Part shown: positions 9,116 to 17,486 of the stretch, piece by piece
Position numbering within the stretch: the stretch's first letter is position 1
Layout: each line of letters opens with the position of its first letter
Source of the DNA: Bacteroidota bacterium
GTDB taxonomy: Bacteria; Bacteroidota; Bacteroidia; Bacteroidales; FEN-979
NCBI GenBank assembly: GCA_037138335.1
Contig: JBAXIO010000014.1
Coordinates: forward strand, 2,393-66,392
Direction of reading: 5' to 3'
DNA length: 64,000 nt
Notes under the pieces: model-generated
The model's database searches: none
What the model was told of the DNA's origin: nothing
Seen by the model: the letters and a program-made list of their open reading frames with translations, nothing else
Made by a program: the position numbers and the translations under genes

Positions 9116-9877
9116 ATGAACGGTAAGATATACTTCGCATCGGATTTTCACCTGGGCATCCCCGATCGCCTGCAAAGCCTCGAGAGGGAGAAAAAGCTTG
9201 TACGCTGGCTTGATATGGCCCGTAAGGATGCAAGTGAAATATACCTGATGGGCGATCTTTTCGATTTCTGGTTTGAATACAAGACGACTGTTCCCCGGGG
9301 TTACACCCGTCTGCTGGGTATGCTTGCAGGGATAACCGATTCGGGGATCCCGGTTCACCTCTTCAGGGGGAACCATGATATGTGGGCGTTTTCGTACCTC
9401 CAGGAAGAGGTTGGGATATTGCTTCACAGGGAACCGGAGTTCCGGACCTTTAACGGGAAGAACTTTTACCTGGCTCATGGAGATGGCCTGGGCCCCGGCG
9501 ACCATGGTTATAAGTTCATCAAAAAAGTCTTTGCCAGCAGGATCAACCAATGGCTTTTCAGCCTGATCCATCCTGACCTGGGTATCAGTATGGCTTTGTT
9601 CTGGTCAAGAAAAAGCCGGAATGCAGCAATGCAGAAAGAAAAAACAGAGGAAGAAAGAAACCTGAGGCTGATCAACGAAAGAATCCGCTTCCATTCTGAA
9701 GGGCTGATCAAACAGCATCCTGAACTCGATTACCTGGTATACGGACATTACCATTACCCGGTGGAAACCCAAATATCTGAAAAAGCAGTCCAGGTAGTCC
9801 TGGGTGACTGGCTAACCCATTTCACATATGCCGTCTTCGACGGGGAAACCCTGGCACTGAAAGTGGAAGGTGCCTGA
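9116..9877 (+). CDS. lpxH: UDP-2,3-diacylglucosamine diphosphatase, LpxH-family metallophosphoesterase
   Basis: Calcineurin-like motifs are present in LpxH order: FASDFHLG, LMGDLFDFWFEY, GNHDMW, AHGDG. Confidence 0.7.
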   Translation: MNGKIYFASDFHLGIPDRLQSLEREKKLVRWLDMARKDASEIYLMGDLFDFWFEYKTTVPRGYTRLLGMLAGITDSGIPVHLFRGNHDMWAFSYLQEEVGILLHREPEFRTFNGKNFYLAHGDGLGPGDHGYKFIKKVFASRINQWLFSLIHPDLGISMALFWSRKSRNAAMQKEKTEEERNLRLINERIRFHSEGLIKQHPELDYLVYGHYHYPVETQISEKAVQVVLGDWLTHFTYAVFDGETLALKVEGA

Positions 9878-9901
9878 ACATTAATATTATGTATAAACAA
9901 T

Positions 9902-9937
9902 ACGGGCGGCTCATTGCATGAGCCGCCCGTACTTTTT
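9902..9937. terminator. Strong hairpin between convergent lpxH and ferredoxin (probably a bidirectional terminator)
   Basis: ACGGGCGGCTCAT-tgc-ATGAGCCGCCCGT forms a 13-bp stem, followed by ACTTTTT on the plus strand. Confidence 0.7.
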
Positions 9938-9951
9938 AAATCCTGTGTGTC

Positions 9952-10119
9952 TTATTCAGGATGAATCGCTTCTACAGGGCATACATCAGCGCATGCTCCG
10001 CAATCGGTGCAGGTTTCGGGGTTAATCTTATAGATATCACCTTCGGAAATCGCTTCAACTGGGCACTCATCGATGCAGGTTCCACAAGCAGTGCAATCTT
10101 CATTAATCTTGTAAGCCAT
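9952..10119 (-). CDS. 2x[4Fe-4S] ferredoxin (55 aa, absent from the ORF track)
   Basis: Hand translation of the minus strand: MAYKINEDCTACGTCIDECPVEAISEGDIYKINPETCTDCGACADVCPVEAIHPE. It carries two CxxCxxCxxxCP clusters. Track ORF 9961..10161(+) is its antisense shadow. Confidence 0.9.
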   Translation of the reverse strand: MAYKINEDCTACGTCIDECPVEAISEGDIYKINPETCTDCGACADVCPVEAIHPE

Positions 10120-10135
10120 GACATGTTAAATTTAT

Positions 10136-10153
10136 GCCTGCCGGAGGGCAGGC
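10136..10153 (-). promoter_or_regulatory. GC-rich hairpin in the predicted 5' leader of the ferredoxin gene
   Basis: GCCTGCC-ggag-GGCAGGC (7-bp stem) lies 16 nt upstream of the ferredoxin ATG and downstream of the minus-strand -7 box. Confidence 0.4.
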
Positions 10154-10179
10154 CTGGTTAGTAATTTCTTTTTCCGCTG

Positions 10180-10187
10180 CAAAGATA
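10180..10187 (-). promoter_or_regulatory. Bacteroidota -7 promoter box (TAtcTTTG on the minus strand) for ferredoxin
   Basis: The plus-strand CAAAGATA is the reverse complement of TATCTTTG, about 60 nt upstream of the start at 10119. Confidence 0.45.
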
Positions 10188-10249
10188 AACATTTTTGATA
10201 AACCGGAAAAACGCCGGATGTGAATTTTTTAACAGGGGGATGGGCGAGA

Positions 10250-10257
10250 TATTTTTG
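10250..10257 (+). promoter_or_regulatory. Bacteroidota -7 promoter box (TAttTTTG) for korAB
   Basis: TATTTTTG lies about 30 nt upstream of ATG 10288. Confidence 0.45.
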
Positions 10258-10287
10258 TAACTTCGCACACTCTTAAAACACATAACG

Positions 10288-12138
10288 ATGCCTAACACTA
10301 AAAGACAAATTGTTGAGAAGGAAAGCGTAGTTGTGAAGTTCGTCGGCGATTCCGGCGATGGCATGCAGCTTTCAGGTTCCGTATTTTCCGATTCGGCCGC
10401 CATGGCCGGGAATGACCTCGCCACCTTCCCTGATTTTCCAGCAGAAATACGGGCCCCGCATAATACCGTCGCAGGGGTTTCCGGCTTCCAGGTCCATATG
10501 GGCTCCGAAAAGATCTTTACAACCGGCGATATGGTCGACGTCCTTGTCTCCATGAACCCGGCTTCACTAAAGTCGAACCTCAAATGGGCCAAAAAAGGTG
10601 CAACCATCCTGGTCGACACCGATGCTTTTGATGAAAAAAGCATAGAAAAGGCAGGGTATAAAATAAACCCACTGGAAGACCACAGCCTCGATGCTTACCG
10701 CATGATCAAGGCTCCAATCACCGCCATGACCAAAGAGAGCCTGAAGGACTCGGGTATCGATACCAAAACGGCTGAACGTTCAAAAAACATGTTCGCACTT
10801 GGTATCCTGTATTTCATTTTCAACCGCGAAATCACACTGGCTTATAAATATTTCGAGGAAAGGTTTAAAAAGAATCCTAAAATCGTCGAGATCAATAAAA
10901 TTGTAATCCAGGCCGGGTACAATTATGCCGAAACCATTGAAGCTCTCGAATCGGTAATCCAGGTCGGCCCGGCCAAAATGGCTAAAGGCCGTTACCGCAA
11001 CATCACCGGGAACATTGCTACGGCATGGGGCCTGCTTGCAGCTTCCGAGAGATCGGGCCGCCCGCTTTTCCTTGGCTCTTACCCCATCACCCCCGCTACC
11101 GAGATCCTGATGGAACTTTCAAAACATAAATCACTCGGGGCAAAAGTTTTCCAGGCAGAGGATGAAATAGCCGGTATCTGTTCAGCCATTGGGGCTTCAT
11201 ATACAGGTTCCCTGGCCTGCACCACCACTTCTGGCCCCGGCCTCTCCCTGAAAAGTGAAGCTATCGGCCTCGCCCTTATCACCGAACTTCCCCTGGTCAT
11301 CGTCGACGTTCAGCGTGGAGGCCCATCAACAGGGCTTCCCACAAAATCTGAACAATCTGACCTTATGCAGGCCCTTTTTGGAAGAAACGGCGAAGGCCCT
11401 ATTATAATTATTGCGGCATCAACACCCGATGATTGTTTTTATATGGCTTATACTGCAGCCAAACTTTCGATGGAACATATGACCCCGGCAATACTTCTTA
11501 CCGATGGTTACCTTGGCTTCGGATCTGCGCTTTTCCGCATTCCAAAAGTAAAAGACCTGCCTCCCATCAAACCTCCCATCGCCGAGGCTAATGATAAAAA
11601 TTACAAGCCCTACAAACGGGATGCAGAAACACTGGTGCGCCAGTGGGCCCTTCCGGGAACCGAAGGTCTGCGCCACCGGATAGGCGGACTTGAAAAAGAA
11701 AATATCACCGGCGTGGTCTCAATGGACCCCATGAACCACCAGCTTATGGTCGACCTTCGTGCCGCCAAAGTTGAAAAAATCGCAGATTTTATCCCGGAAC
11801 AGGAAATCGACGGCAATAAAAAAGGCGACCTCCTCGTAATCAGCTGGGGCGGCACCTTCGGAGCTGTTCATTCTGCAGTCAAGCTTGCACAGGCTGAAGG
11901 CAAAAGCATCAGCCATGCCCATTTCAAATATATAAGCCCGCTCCCGAAAAACACCGAAAAAGTCCTGAAAGGCTTTAAAAAGATCGTTGTTTGCGAGCTC
12001 AACAGCGGACAATTCGTGAACTACCTGAGGATGAAATTCCCGATGCCGAACATTTCACAGTTCAATAAGGTTCAGGGATTACCATTCATGATCAATGAGT
12101 TAACTGAAAAATTCAACCAAATCCTGGAGGAAAAATAA
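10288..12138 (+). CDS. korA: 2-oxoglutarate/2-oxoacid:ferredoxin oxidoreductase subunit alpha
   Basis: 616 aa. GDSGDGMQLSG near the N-terminus and SYPITPATEI are hallmark blocks of OFOR alpha subunits. It is followed immediately by the beta subunit. Confidence 0.85.
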   Translation: MPNTKRQIVEKESVVVKFVGDSGDGMQLSGSVFSDSAAMAGNDLATFPDFPAEIRAPHNTVAGVSGFQVHMGSEKIFTTGDMVDVLVSMNPASLKSNLKWAKKGATILVDTDAFDEKSIEKAGYKINPLEDHSLDAYRMIKAPITAMTKESLKDSGIDTKTAERSKNMFALGILYFIFNREITLAYKYFEERFKKNPKIVEINKIVIQAGYNYAETIEALESVIQVGPAKMAKGRYRNITGNIATAWGLLAASERSGRPLFLGSYPITPATEILMELSKHKSLGAKVFQAEDEIAGICSAIGASYTGSLACTTTSGPGLSLKSEAIGLALITELPLVIVDVQRGGPSTGLPTKSEQSDLMQALFGRNGEGPIIIIAASTPDDCFYMAYTAAKLSMEHMTPAILLTDGYLGFGSALFRIPKVKDLPPIKPPIAEANDKNYKPYKRDAETLVRQWALPGTEGLRHRIGGLEKENITGVVSMDPMNHQLMVDLRAAKVEKIADFIPEQEIDGNKKGDLLVISWGGTFGAVHSAVKLAQAEGKSISHAHFKYISPLPKNTEKVLKGFKKIVVCELNSGQFVNYLRMKFPMPNISQFNKVQGLPFMINELTEKFNQILEEK

Positions 12139-12139
12139 T

Positions 12140-13180
12140 ATGGATTTCGTAAATACAACCATCGAACGTTCCACCGTTCAGTTGTCCAAAACCGATTTTG
12201 AAAGCGACCAGATGGTAAAATGGTGCGCAGGTTGCGGCGCTCATGCCATTCTTGCCGCAGTGGAAAGAGTATTCCCGAAAATTGGTTACCGTAAAGAGAA
12301 CTTTTGCATGGTGTCAGGTATCGGCTGCTCATCGCGATTCCCATACTATGTCAACACATATGGTATCCATGGTATCCATGGCCGGGCTGCGGCCATTTCT
12401 ACCGGCGTTAAAATTGCAAACCCCAGGCTCAGCGTCTGGATGGCTACGGGCGACGGGGACTCGCTGGCAATCGGCGGGAACCATTTCATTCACGTCATCC
12501 GCCGTAACGTAGATATCAATATCCTTCTGTTCAATAACCAGATCTACGGGCTGACCAAGGGACAGTATTCCCCCACCACCCCCATGGGCAAGGTCACCAA
12601 GACCTCTCCCCAGGGAACCATTGAACATCCGTTCAACGTTGGCGAACTTGTCATGGGAGCACAGGGCACATTCTATGCCCGCGTTCCTGACAACAATATC
12701 ACCATGATGACCGAAGCCATGTTCGAAGCTGCAAAACATGACGGCACTTCCATCATCGAGATCATGCAGAACTGCATCATCTTCGCCGATAAGGCGCACA
12801 ATGATGTAATCGGCAAGGAAAGCAAGGATGAGAATATGCTGAACGTGAAGAACGGGCAGCCGATGACATGGGGCAAAAATAACGAGAAGGGTCTGATCCT
12901 GAAGGACACCATGCTTGAAGTTGTTGAAATAGGTAAAAACGGTGTGACTGCTGATGACATCCTAATTCACGATGCATACAACCAGGATCCCGGCATCCAC
13001 CTGATGCTGGCGAAACTTGCCCCTCCCCACTTCCCGATGGTTTTTGGAGTGATCCGTTCAGCCATGTTCCCAACTTATGACGATATGGTGGAAGAGCAGA
13101 TCAAATATGCAAAGGAAACCAGCCCGATTAAAAATGTTGACGACCTGCTGAACAGCGGGGATGTTTGGGATATTAAATAA
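12140..13180 (+). CDS. korB: 2-oxoglutarate/2-oxoacid:ferredoxin oxidoreductase subunit beta (TPP-binding)
   Basis: WCAGCGAHAIL and the TPP motif GDGDSLAIGGNHFIH...NNQIYGLTKGQ are present. There is a 1-nt gap after korA. Confidence 0.85.
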   Translation: MDFVNTTIERSTVQLSKTDFESDQMVKWCAGCGAHAILAAVERVFPKIGYRKENFCMVSGIGCSSRFPYYVNTYGIHGIHGRAAAISTGVKIANPRLSVWMATGDGDSLAIGGNHFIHVIRRNVDINILLFNNQIYGLTKGQYSPTTPMGKVTKTSPQGTIEHPFNVGELVMGAQGTFYARVPDNNITMMTEAMFEAAKHDGTSIIEIMQNCIIFADKAHNDVIGKESKDENMLNVKNGQPMTWGKNNEKGLILKDTMLEVVEIGKNGVTADDILIHDAYNQDPGIHLMLAKLAPPHFPMVFGVIRSAMFPTYDDMVEEQIKYAKETSPIKNVDDLLNSGDVWDIK

Positions 13181-13213
13181 ATGGCATCCCCCTGCCATGA
13201 AAAACACAGAACA

Positions 13214-15283
13214 ATGAAAAAAGTTTTAATTCTGCTGTCACTGCTCTTTGTTTTGCACCAGGCAGAAGCCCAGGACTGGCAATGGCTTAATCCAAAACCC
13301 CAGTCAAACACCCTGAATTCCGTCACGTTCACCAGCCCGGAGACGGGTTTTGCTGTCGGGAACGGAGGGGCGATTGTAAAAACCGTCAACGGAGGGGTCA
13401 CATGGACCAGCCTGCCCGTAGTTACAGCCAATAACCTTCTGTCTGTTTCCTTTCCCGATGCAATGGAAGGGTTCGCGGTAGGATTATACGGAACAATGTT
13501 AAAAACTTCAAATGAAGGAGCCAGTTGGACAGCCCTTTCCACCGGCATCTATAAAAGCCTGTATTCAGTTTGCTTTCTTAATGCGGATACCGGTTTTGCA
13601 GCCGGGGATCTTGGCCTGATCATTAAAACGACCGACGGCGGTGCCCACTGGCAGGTACTTCCTTCAGGTACCGATGTGAACCTGAAATCGCTTTTTATCC
13701 TCGATGGAAACACAGCCTTCGCTGCCGGCGACAAGGGAGTGATCCTTAAAACCATTGACGGGGGCCAGAGCTGGGCCACCCAGATCAGCGGGAATGTGGC
13801 TAACCTGAAAACGGTTTATTTTACCGATGCCAATACAGGTTATGCTGCAGGCGGTAGTTATCCCCTCGCTGCCGACGGCATTATAATGAAAACCTTGAAC
13901 GGGGGGGCTGACTGGAAACTTCAGAGCTGGGATCAGAGTTTCCTCCCGATGTCCATCAGTTTTACTGATGAAAACTCAGGCTACATCACCGGGTTCGGCG
14001 GCATCCTTAAAACTACCAATGCAGGTAACATCTGGACCCTGCTGAATACCGGGTCATCAAAACTTTTAACATCCACATGTTTCACAGGTCCCGATACGGG
14101 GTTCTCAGTTGGGAACCTTGGAACAATTATCCGGACTCCCGACGCAGGCGATACCTGGACAAACCTGGCTTCCGTGACCGGCCGGGATCTTTTAGCAGGA
14201 GAATACCTTGTCACCAATACCATCATACTTGCCGGGGCCAACGGCACTTTAATCAAATCGGTTGATGCCGGAACCACCTGGTCTGCTATGAATACGGGCA
14301 CCGACAGGGACCTGGCATCTATTTTCTTTACCAGCGGGGATGTCGGCTATGCCGTCGGGCTTGAAGGAAAAATCTTAAAAACATACAATGGGGGCAGTTC
14401 CTGGGACACACTCAGCTCGGGAATAACCTATGACCTGAATTACGTGTACTTCCTGGATGCCAATAACGGATTTGCACTGGGTAAGGAAGGAACAATCCTG
14501 AAAACAACTAACGCAGGTGCGACCTGGGTAGCTGAATATACAGGCCTGACCGATTCCTTCTATTCCTGCTGTTTTACAGATGCCAATACGGGATATGCTG
14601 TAGGAGATGATGGCACCATAGTGCAAACCATTGACGGTGGTGCCAACTGGGAACTCCTTACCTCAGGAACATCCTTGCCACTCATGTCGGTATTCTTTAT
14701 GAATGCCGATAGCGGGTTCGTGGCAGGATTCTCAGGAATGATTCTTTTCACCGACGATGCCGGGGTAACCTGGACCCAGGTCAACTCCAATACAACCAAC
14801 AACCTGTTCTCGATATACTTCCCCGGTAAAACAATTGGTTTTGCTGCCGGATCAGGCGGTACTATCCTTAAGACAACCGACGGAGGGGAAAACTGGTTCA
14901 ACATCATGCCGGTGACCAGCGCCGACTTGCATTTTATTTATTTCAGCGATACTCAAACCGGTTATGCTGCCGGTGAAAACGGGACAGTTCTGAAAACTAT
15001 AAACGGAGGTGTCGGCATCGCAGAACAGCAGCCGGGAATCAGTTTCCGCATTTGCCCGGATCCTGCAAAAGATCATATTGTACTGGAAATCCCAACGGCA
15101 ACTCCCCTTTCTTCGCAACCCGGATCATGCACCGTGTATAACCTGATAGGACAACCGGTTTTGAAGCAAGTGGTAAACAATAACAAAACCGATATCAACA
15201 TCAGCTCCCTTGGGCCGGGCCTCTATATGGTGAAGATCATTCTGAACGGAACCGGCGGCTCGGGAAAATTCATTAAGGAATAA
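13214..15283 (+). CDS. Secreted BNR/Ycf48-like repeat beta-propeller protein with a T9SS C-terminal sorting domain
   Basis: The signal peptide MKKVLILLSLLFVLHQAEA begins at an internal ATG of track ORF 13181. About 14 repeats of the type (I/L)KT.(D/N)GG..W..L follow. The tail is a T9SS CTD (ICPDPAKDHIVLEI...YNLIGQPV...GLYMVKII...KFIKE). Confidence 0.75.
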   Translation: MKKVLILLSLLFVLHQAEAQDWQWLNPKPQSNTLNSVTFTSPETGFAVGNGGAIVKTVNGGVTWTSLPVVTANNLLSVSFPDAMEGFAVGLYGTMLKTSNEGASWTALSTGIYKSLYSVCFLNADTGFAAGDLGLIIKTTDGGAHWQVLPSGTDVNLKSLFILDGNTAFAAGDKGVILKTIDGGQSWATQISGNVANLKTVYFTDANTGYAAGGSYPLAADGIIMKTLNGGADWKLQSWDQSFLPMSISFTDENSGYITGFGGILKTTNAGNIWTLLNTGSSKLLTSTCFTGPDTGFSVGNLGTIIRTPDAGDTWTNLASVTGRDLLAGEYLVTNTIILAGANGTLIKSVDAGTTWSAMNTGTDRDLASIFFTSGDVGYAVGLEGKILKTYNGGSSWDTLSSGITYDLNYVYFLDANNGFALGKEGTILKTTNAGATWVAEYTGLTDSFYSCCFTDANTGYAVGDDGTIVQTIDGGANWELLTSGTSLPLMSVFFMNADSGFVAGFSGMILFTDDAGVTWTQVNSNTTNNLFSIYFPGKTIGFAAGSGGTILKTTDGGENWFNIMPVTSADLHFIYFSDTQTGYAAGENGTVLKTINGGVGIAEQQPGISFRICPDPAKDHIVLEIPTATPLSSQPGSCTVYNLIGQPVLKQVVNNNKTDINISSLGPGLYMVKIILNGTGGSGKFIKE

Positions 15284-15296
15284 GTGATTATTACCT

Positions 15297-15304
15297 TAAT
15301 TTTG
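15297..15304 (+). promoter_or_regulatory. Bacteroidota -7 promoter box (TAatTTTG) for tilS
   Basis: TAATTTTG lies about 36 nt upstream of ATG 15341. Confidence 0.4.
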
Positions 15305-15340
15305 CCTTATTCTCATCGATAATTTAAATCAGGATAGGCA

Positions 15341-16669
15341 ATGATCGGCCTGCTTAAATCCTTTATTTCCCTGAACAGGCTGTTTTTACCGGCAGACCGT
15401 ATCCTTCTTGCCGTTTCAGGAGGGATCGATTCGGTTGTAATGGCGGAGCTGTTCCACAGGTCGGGATTTTTTTTCGGGATAGCGCACTGCAATTTCAGCC
15501 TGAGGGGTCAGGAAAGCGATGCTGAAGAGGATTTTACACGTCAATTGGCCCGGATATATAAGGTCCCTTTTTTCTCCAGGCGGTTTGAAACCTCTGAATA
15601 TGCAAAAGCGAACAGGATCTCGGTCCAGATGGCTGCACGGGAGTTGCGGTACAAATGGTTTGAGGAGATCAGAGAAACCCAAAAATTTACATTTATCGCA
15701 ACTGCTCATCATCTCGACGACCAGGTGGAAACTTTTCTGATCAATATGGTCCGCGGGACAGGCATATCGGGCATGCATGGCATCCTGCCGAAACAGGGCT
15801 TAATCATCAGGCCCATGTTGTTTGCCTGCAGAAAGGATATTGCAGGTTATGCCTGTAAAAATCATATTGAATACATGGAAGACAGCTCCAACAGGGAGGA
15901 GAAATATATGCGGAATAAGATCCGCCTGAAAATAATCCCCATGCTGGAAGAAATTAATCCCGATTTCAGGGGAACACTTACTTCAGAGATAAGGATCCTT
16001 CGGGGATGGGAAGAGATAGGAAAAAAAGAAATAGGGAATAATCTTGCCCGCCTGGTGACCGCCCGGCCGGGTAAGGTTGTAATTGACCTGAAGGCATTGC
16101 AAAGTCTGGCACAGCCTGATCTGTATGCATGGGAGGCCCTCTCGCCATACGGCTTTAACCAGGATGTGATATCGGGTATTCTTTCAGTATCGGAAGGGAC
16201 CAGCGGCAGAATTTTCCTTTCGCCGACCCACCGGGCTGTCAGGGACAGGGAAACTGTTATCATCCAGCCCCTGGTTCAGAATTCTTTAAAACCCGGCAGG
16301 ATGATATCGGCCGGCACCAAAAGGATTTCAACCCCTTTGAAACTGAAATTCTCTGTAGTTGATCCCGCCAAAGATAAGATGATACCGGCCGGGAAGGAAT
16401 TTGCCAGCCTTGATTTTGACAAGCTCAGCTTTCCCCTTGAGATCAGGAGGTGGCAGGCCGGCGACAGCTTTCATCCTTATGGCATGAAAGGAAAGAAAAA
16501 GGTCAGCGACCTGCTTATTGATGAAAAGGTTCCGCTCCCCGACAAGGAAAACACTTATGTTTTATGCAGCAGGGGGAAGATCGCCTGGGTTATAGGCCAT
16601 CGTATTGACCAGAAGTTCAGGGTTACCGCCAACACGACCAGGATATTCAGGTCGTTGCTGTCAGCCTGA
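15341..16669 (+). CDS. tilS: tRNA(Ile)-lysidine synthase
   Basis: The PP-loop LAVSGGIDSVVM is present, followed by HCNFSLRG, TAHHLDDQVETFL and a C-terminal TilS substrate-binding-type region. Confidence 0.85.
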   Translation: MIGLLKSFISLNRLFLPADRILLAVSGGIDSVVMAELFHRSGFFFGIAHCNFSLRGQESDAEEDFTRQLARIYKVPFFSRRFETSEYAKANRISVQMAARELRYKWFEEIRETQKFTFIATAHHLDDQVETFLINMVRGTGISGMHGILPKQGLIIRPMLFACRKDIAGYACKNHIEYMEDSSNREEKYMRNKIRLKIIPMLEEINPDFRGTLTSEIRILRGWEEIGKKEIGNNLARLVTARPGKVVIDLKALQSLAQPDLYAWEALSPYGFNQDVISGILSVSEGTSGRIFLSPTHRAVRDRETVIIQPLVQNSLKPGRMISAGTKRISTPLKLKFSVVDPAKDKMIPAGKEFASLDFDKLSFPLEIRRWQAGDSFHPYGMKGKKKVSDLLIDEKVPLPDKENTYVLCSRGKIAWVIGHRIDQKFRVTANTTRIFRSLLSA

Positions 16670-16691
16670 TCACAAAACCGGTCAGGATTTT

Positions 16692-17486
16692 TCACTGTGG
16701 CACTTTTGCGTCATTCTTTTTATCATTCATCTTCTGCTTCAGTCCGTCAAGCTGGCCTTCAAGTTCTTTCATGGTGGCAGCCCAATCGTCAAGGACTTTG
16801 TTTTGCCAGTCTTCCTCTGCATGAATAAATGTAAAACGGGGTTCCTTGTCTGAAGGTTGGGGAGTATTGCTGACGAGCCAGAAATAGATTACCTGGGGTT
16901 TAAACAAAGCGGCATCCATGACAATGCTTGTATCGGAAACCAGTTTTGAATAAACCTGTGTTACCCCGTTCTCATAAATGAGCAGGTAGCGTTCCTCGCC
17001 AGGATTTCCAGGATGCCAGGCAAATGTCACCTGGCCGGAAGTCAGTACGGAGGAATCGGCGGGGAGGATCATTGAGGTTTTCTCGTATTCGGTGCGGCTA
17101 CGGTATACTGCGCCTTTAATCACCATGGCTGTAAGTGGCTCCCCATTGTCTATGATAGACTTTGCAACATACTTCAGGTACTCGGTTGTAAGGGATGTCT
17201 GGTTATTCATACAGGTCGACCGGATCTGGGCATACGTGAAGTTTCCCTTTGATGTGAGGCGCAGGGCTTTGTCTTTCCCGCTAAGCAGTATCACACCGGC
17301 ATCTTTGCCAAGTGAAAGACTTGAACTGACATTGAGTCTCATATTTTTCTGAGCCGGTTTAACAGTAGCTCCATAATGCACTTTCACTTCCCCTTTGGCA
17401 AGGTAAATGACGAATGCGTCGCACTGCGCCAGGGACCAGAACGGGAGGATGACAAAGGCAAGGAAAAGAAAAATTGCTGTTTTCAT
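16692..17486 (-). CDS. Secreted hypothetical protein, weakly FecR-like, translationally coupled to the CHASE2 gene
   Basis: The signal peptide is MKTAIFLFLAFVILPFWSLAQ. A beta-rich segment (AKGEVKVHYGATVKPAQKNMRLNVSSSLSLGKDAGVILLSGKDKALRL) resembles FecR-type domains by eye only. The C-terminus is charged and coiled. Its ATG overlaps the upstream stop (ATGA at 17483..17486). Confidence 0.45.
   Translation of the reverse strand: MKTAIFLFLAFVILPFWSLAQCDAFVIYLAKGEVKVHYGATVKPAQKNMRLNVSSSLSLGKDAGVILLSGKDKALRLTSKGNFTYAQIRSTCMNNQTSLTTEYLKYVAKSIIDNGEPLTAMVIKGAVYRSRTEYEKTSMILPADSSVLTSGQVTFAWHPGNPGEERYLLIYENGVTQVYSKLVSDTSIVMDAALFKPQVIYFWLVSNTPQPSDKEPRFTFIHAEEDWQNKVLDDWAATMKELEGQLDGLKQKMNDKKNDAKVPQ

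Noticed and set aside
9961-10161. Track ORF of 66 aa on the plus strand.
   Set aside because: It is the antisense shadow of the minus-strand ferredoxin gene (9952..10119), whose translation has two perfect CxxCxxCxxxCP motifs. The plus-strand product has no features.
10158-10643. A 161-aa minus-strand ORF spanning the korA 5' end and the divergent promoter region.
   Set aside because: It is antisense to korA and runs through two predicted promoter boxes. It carries no motif.
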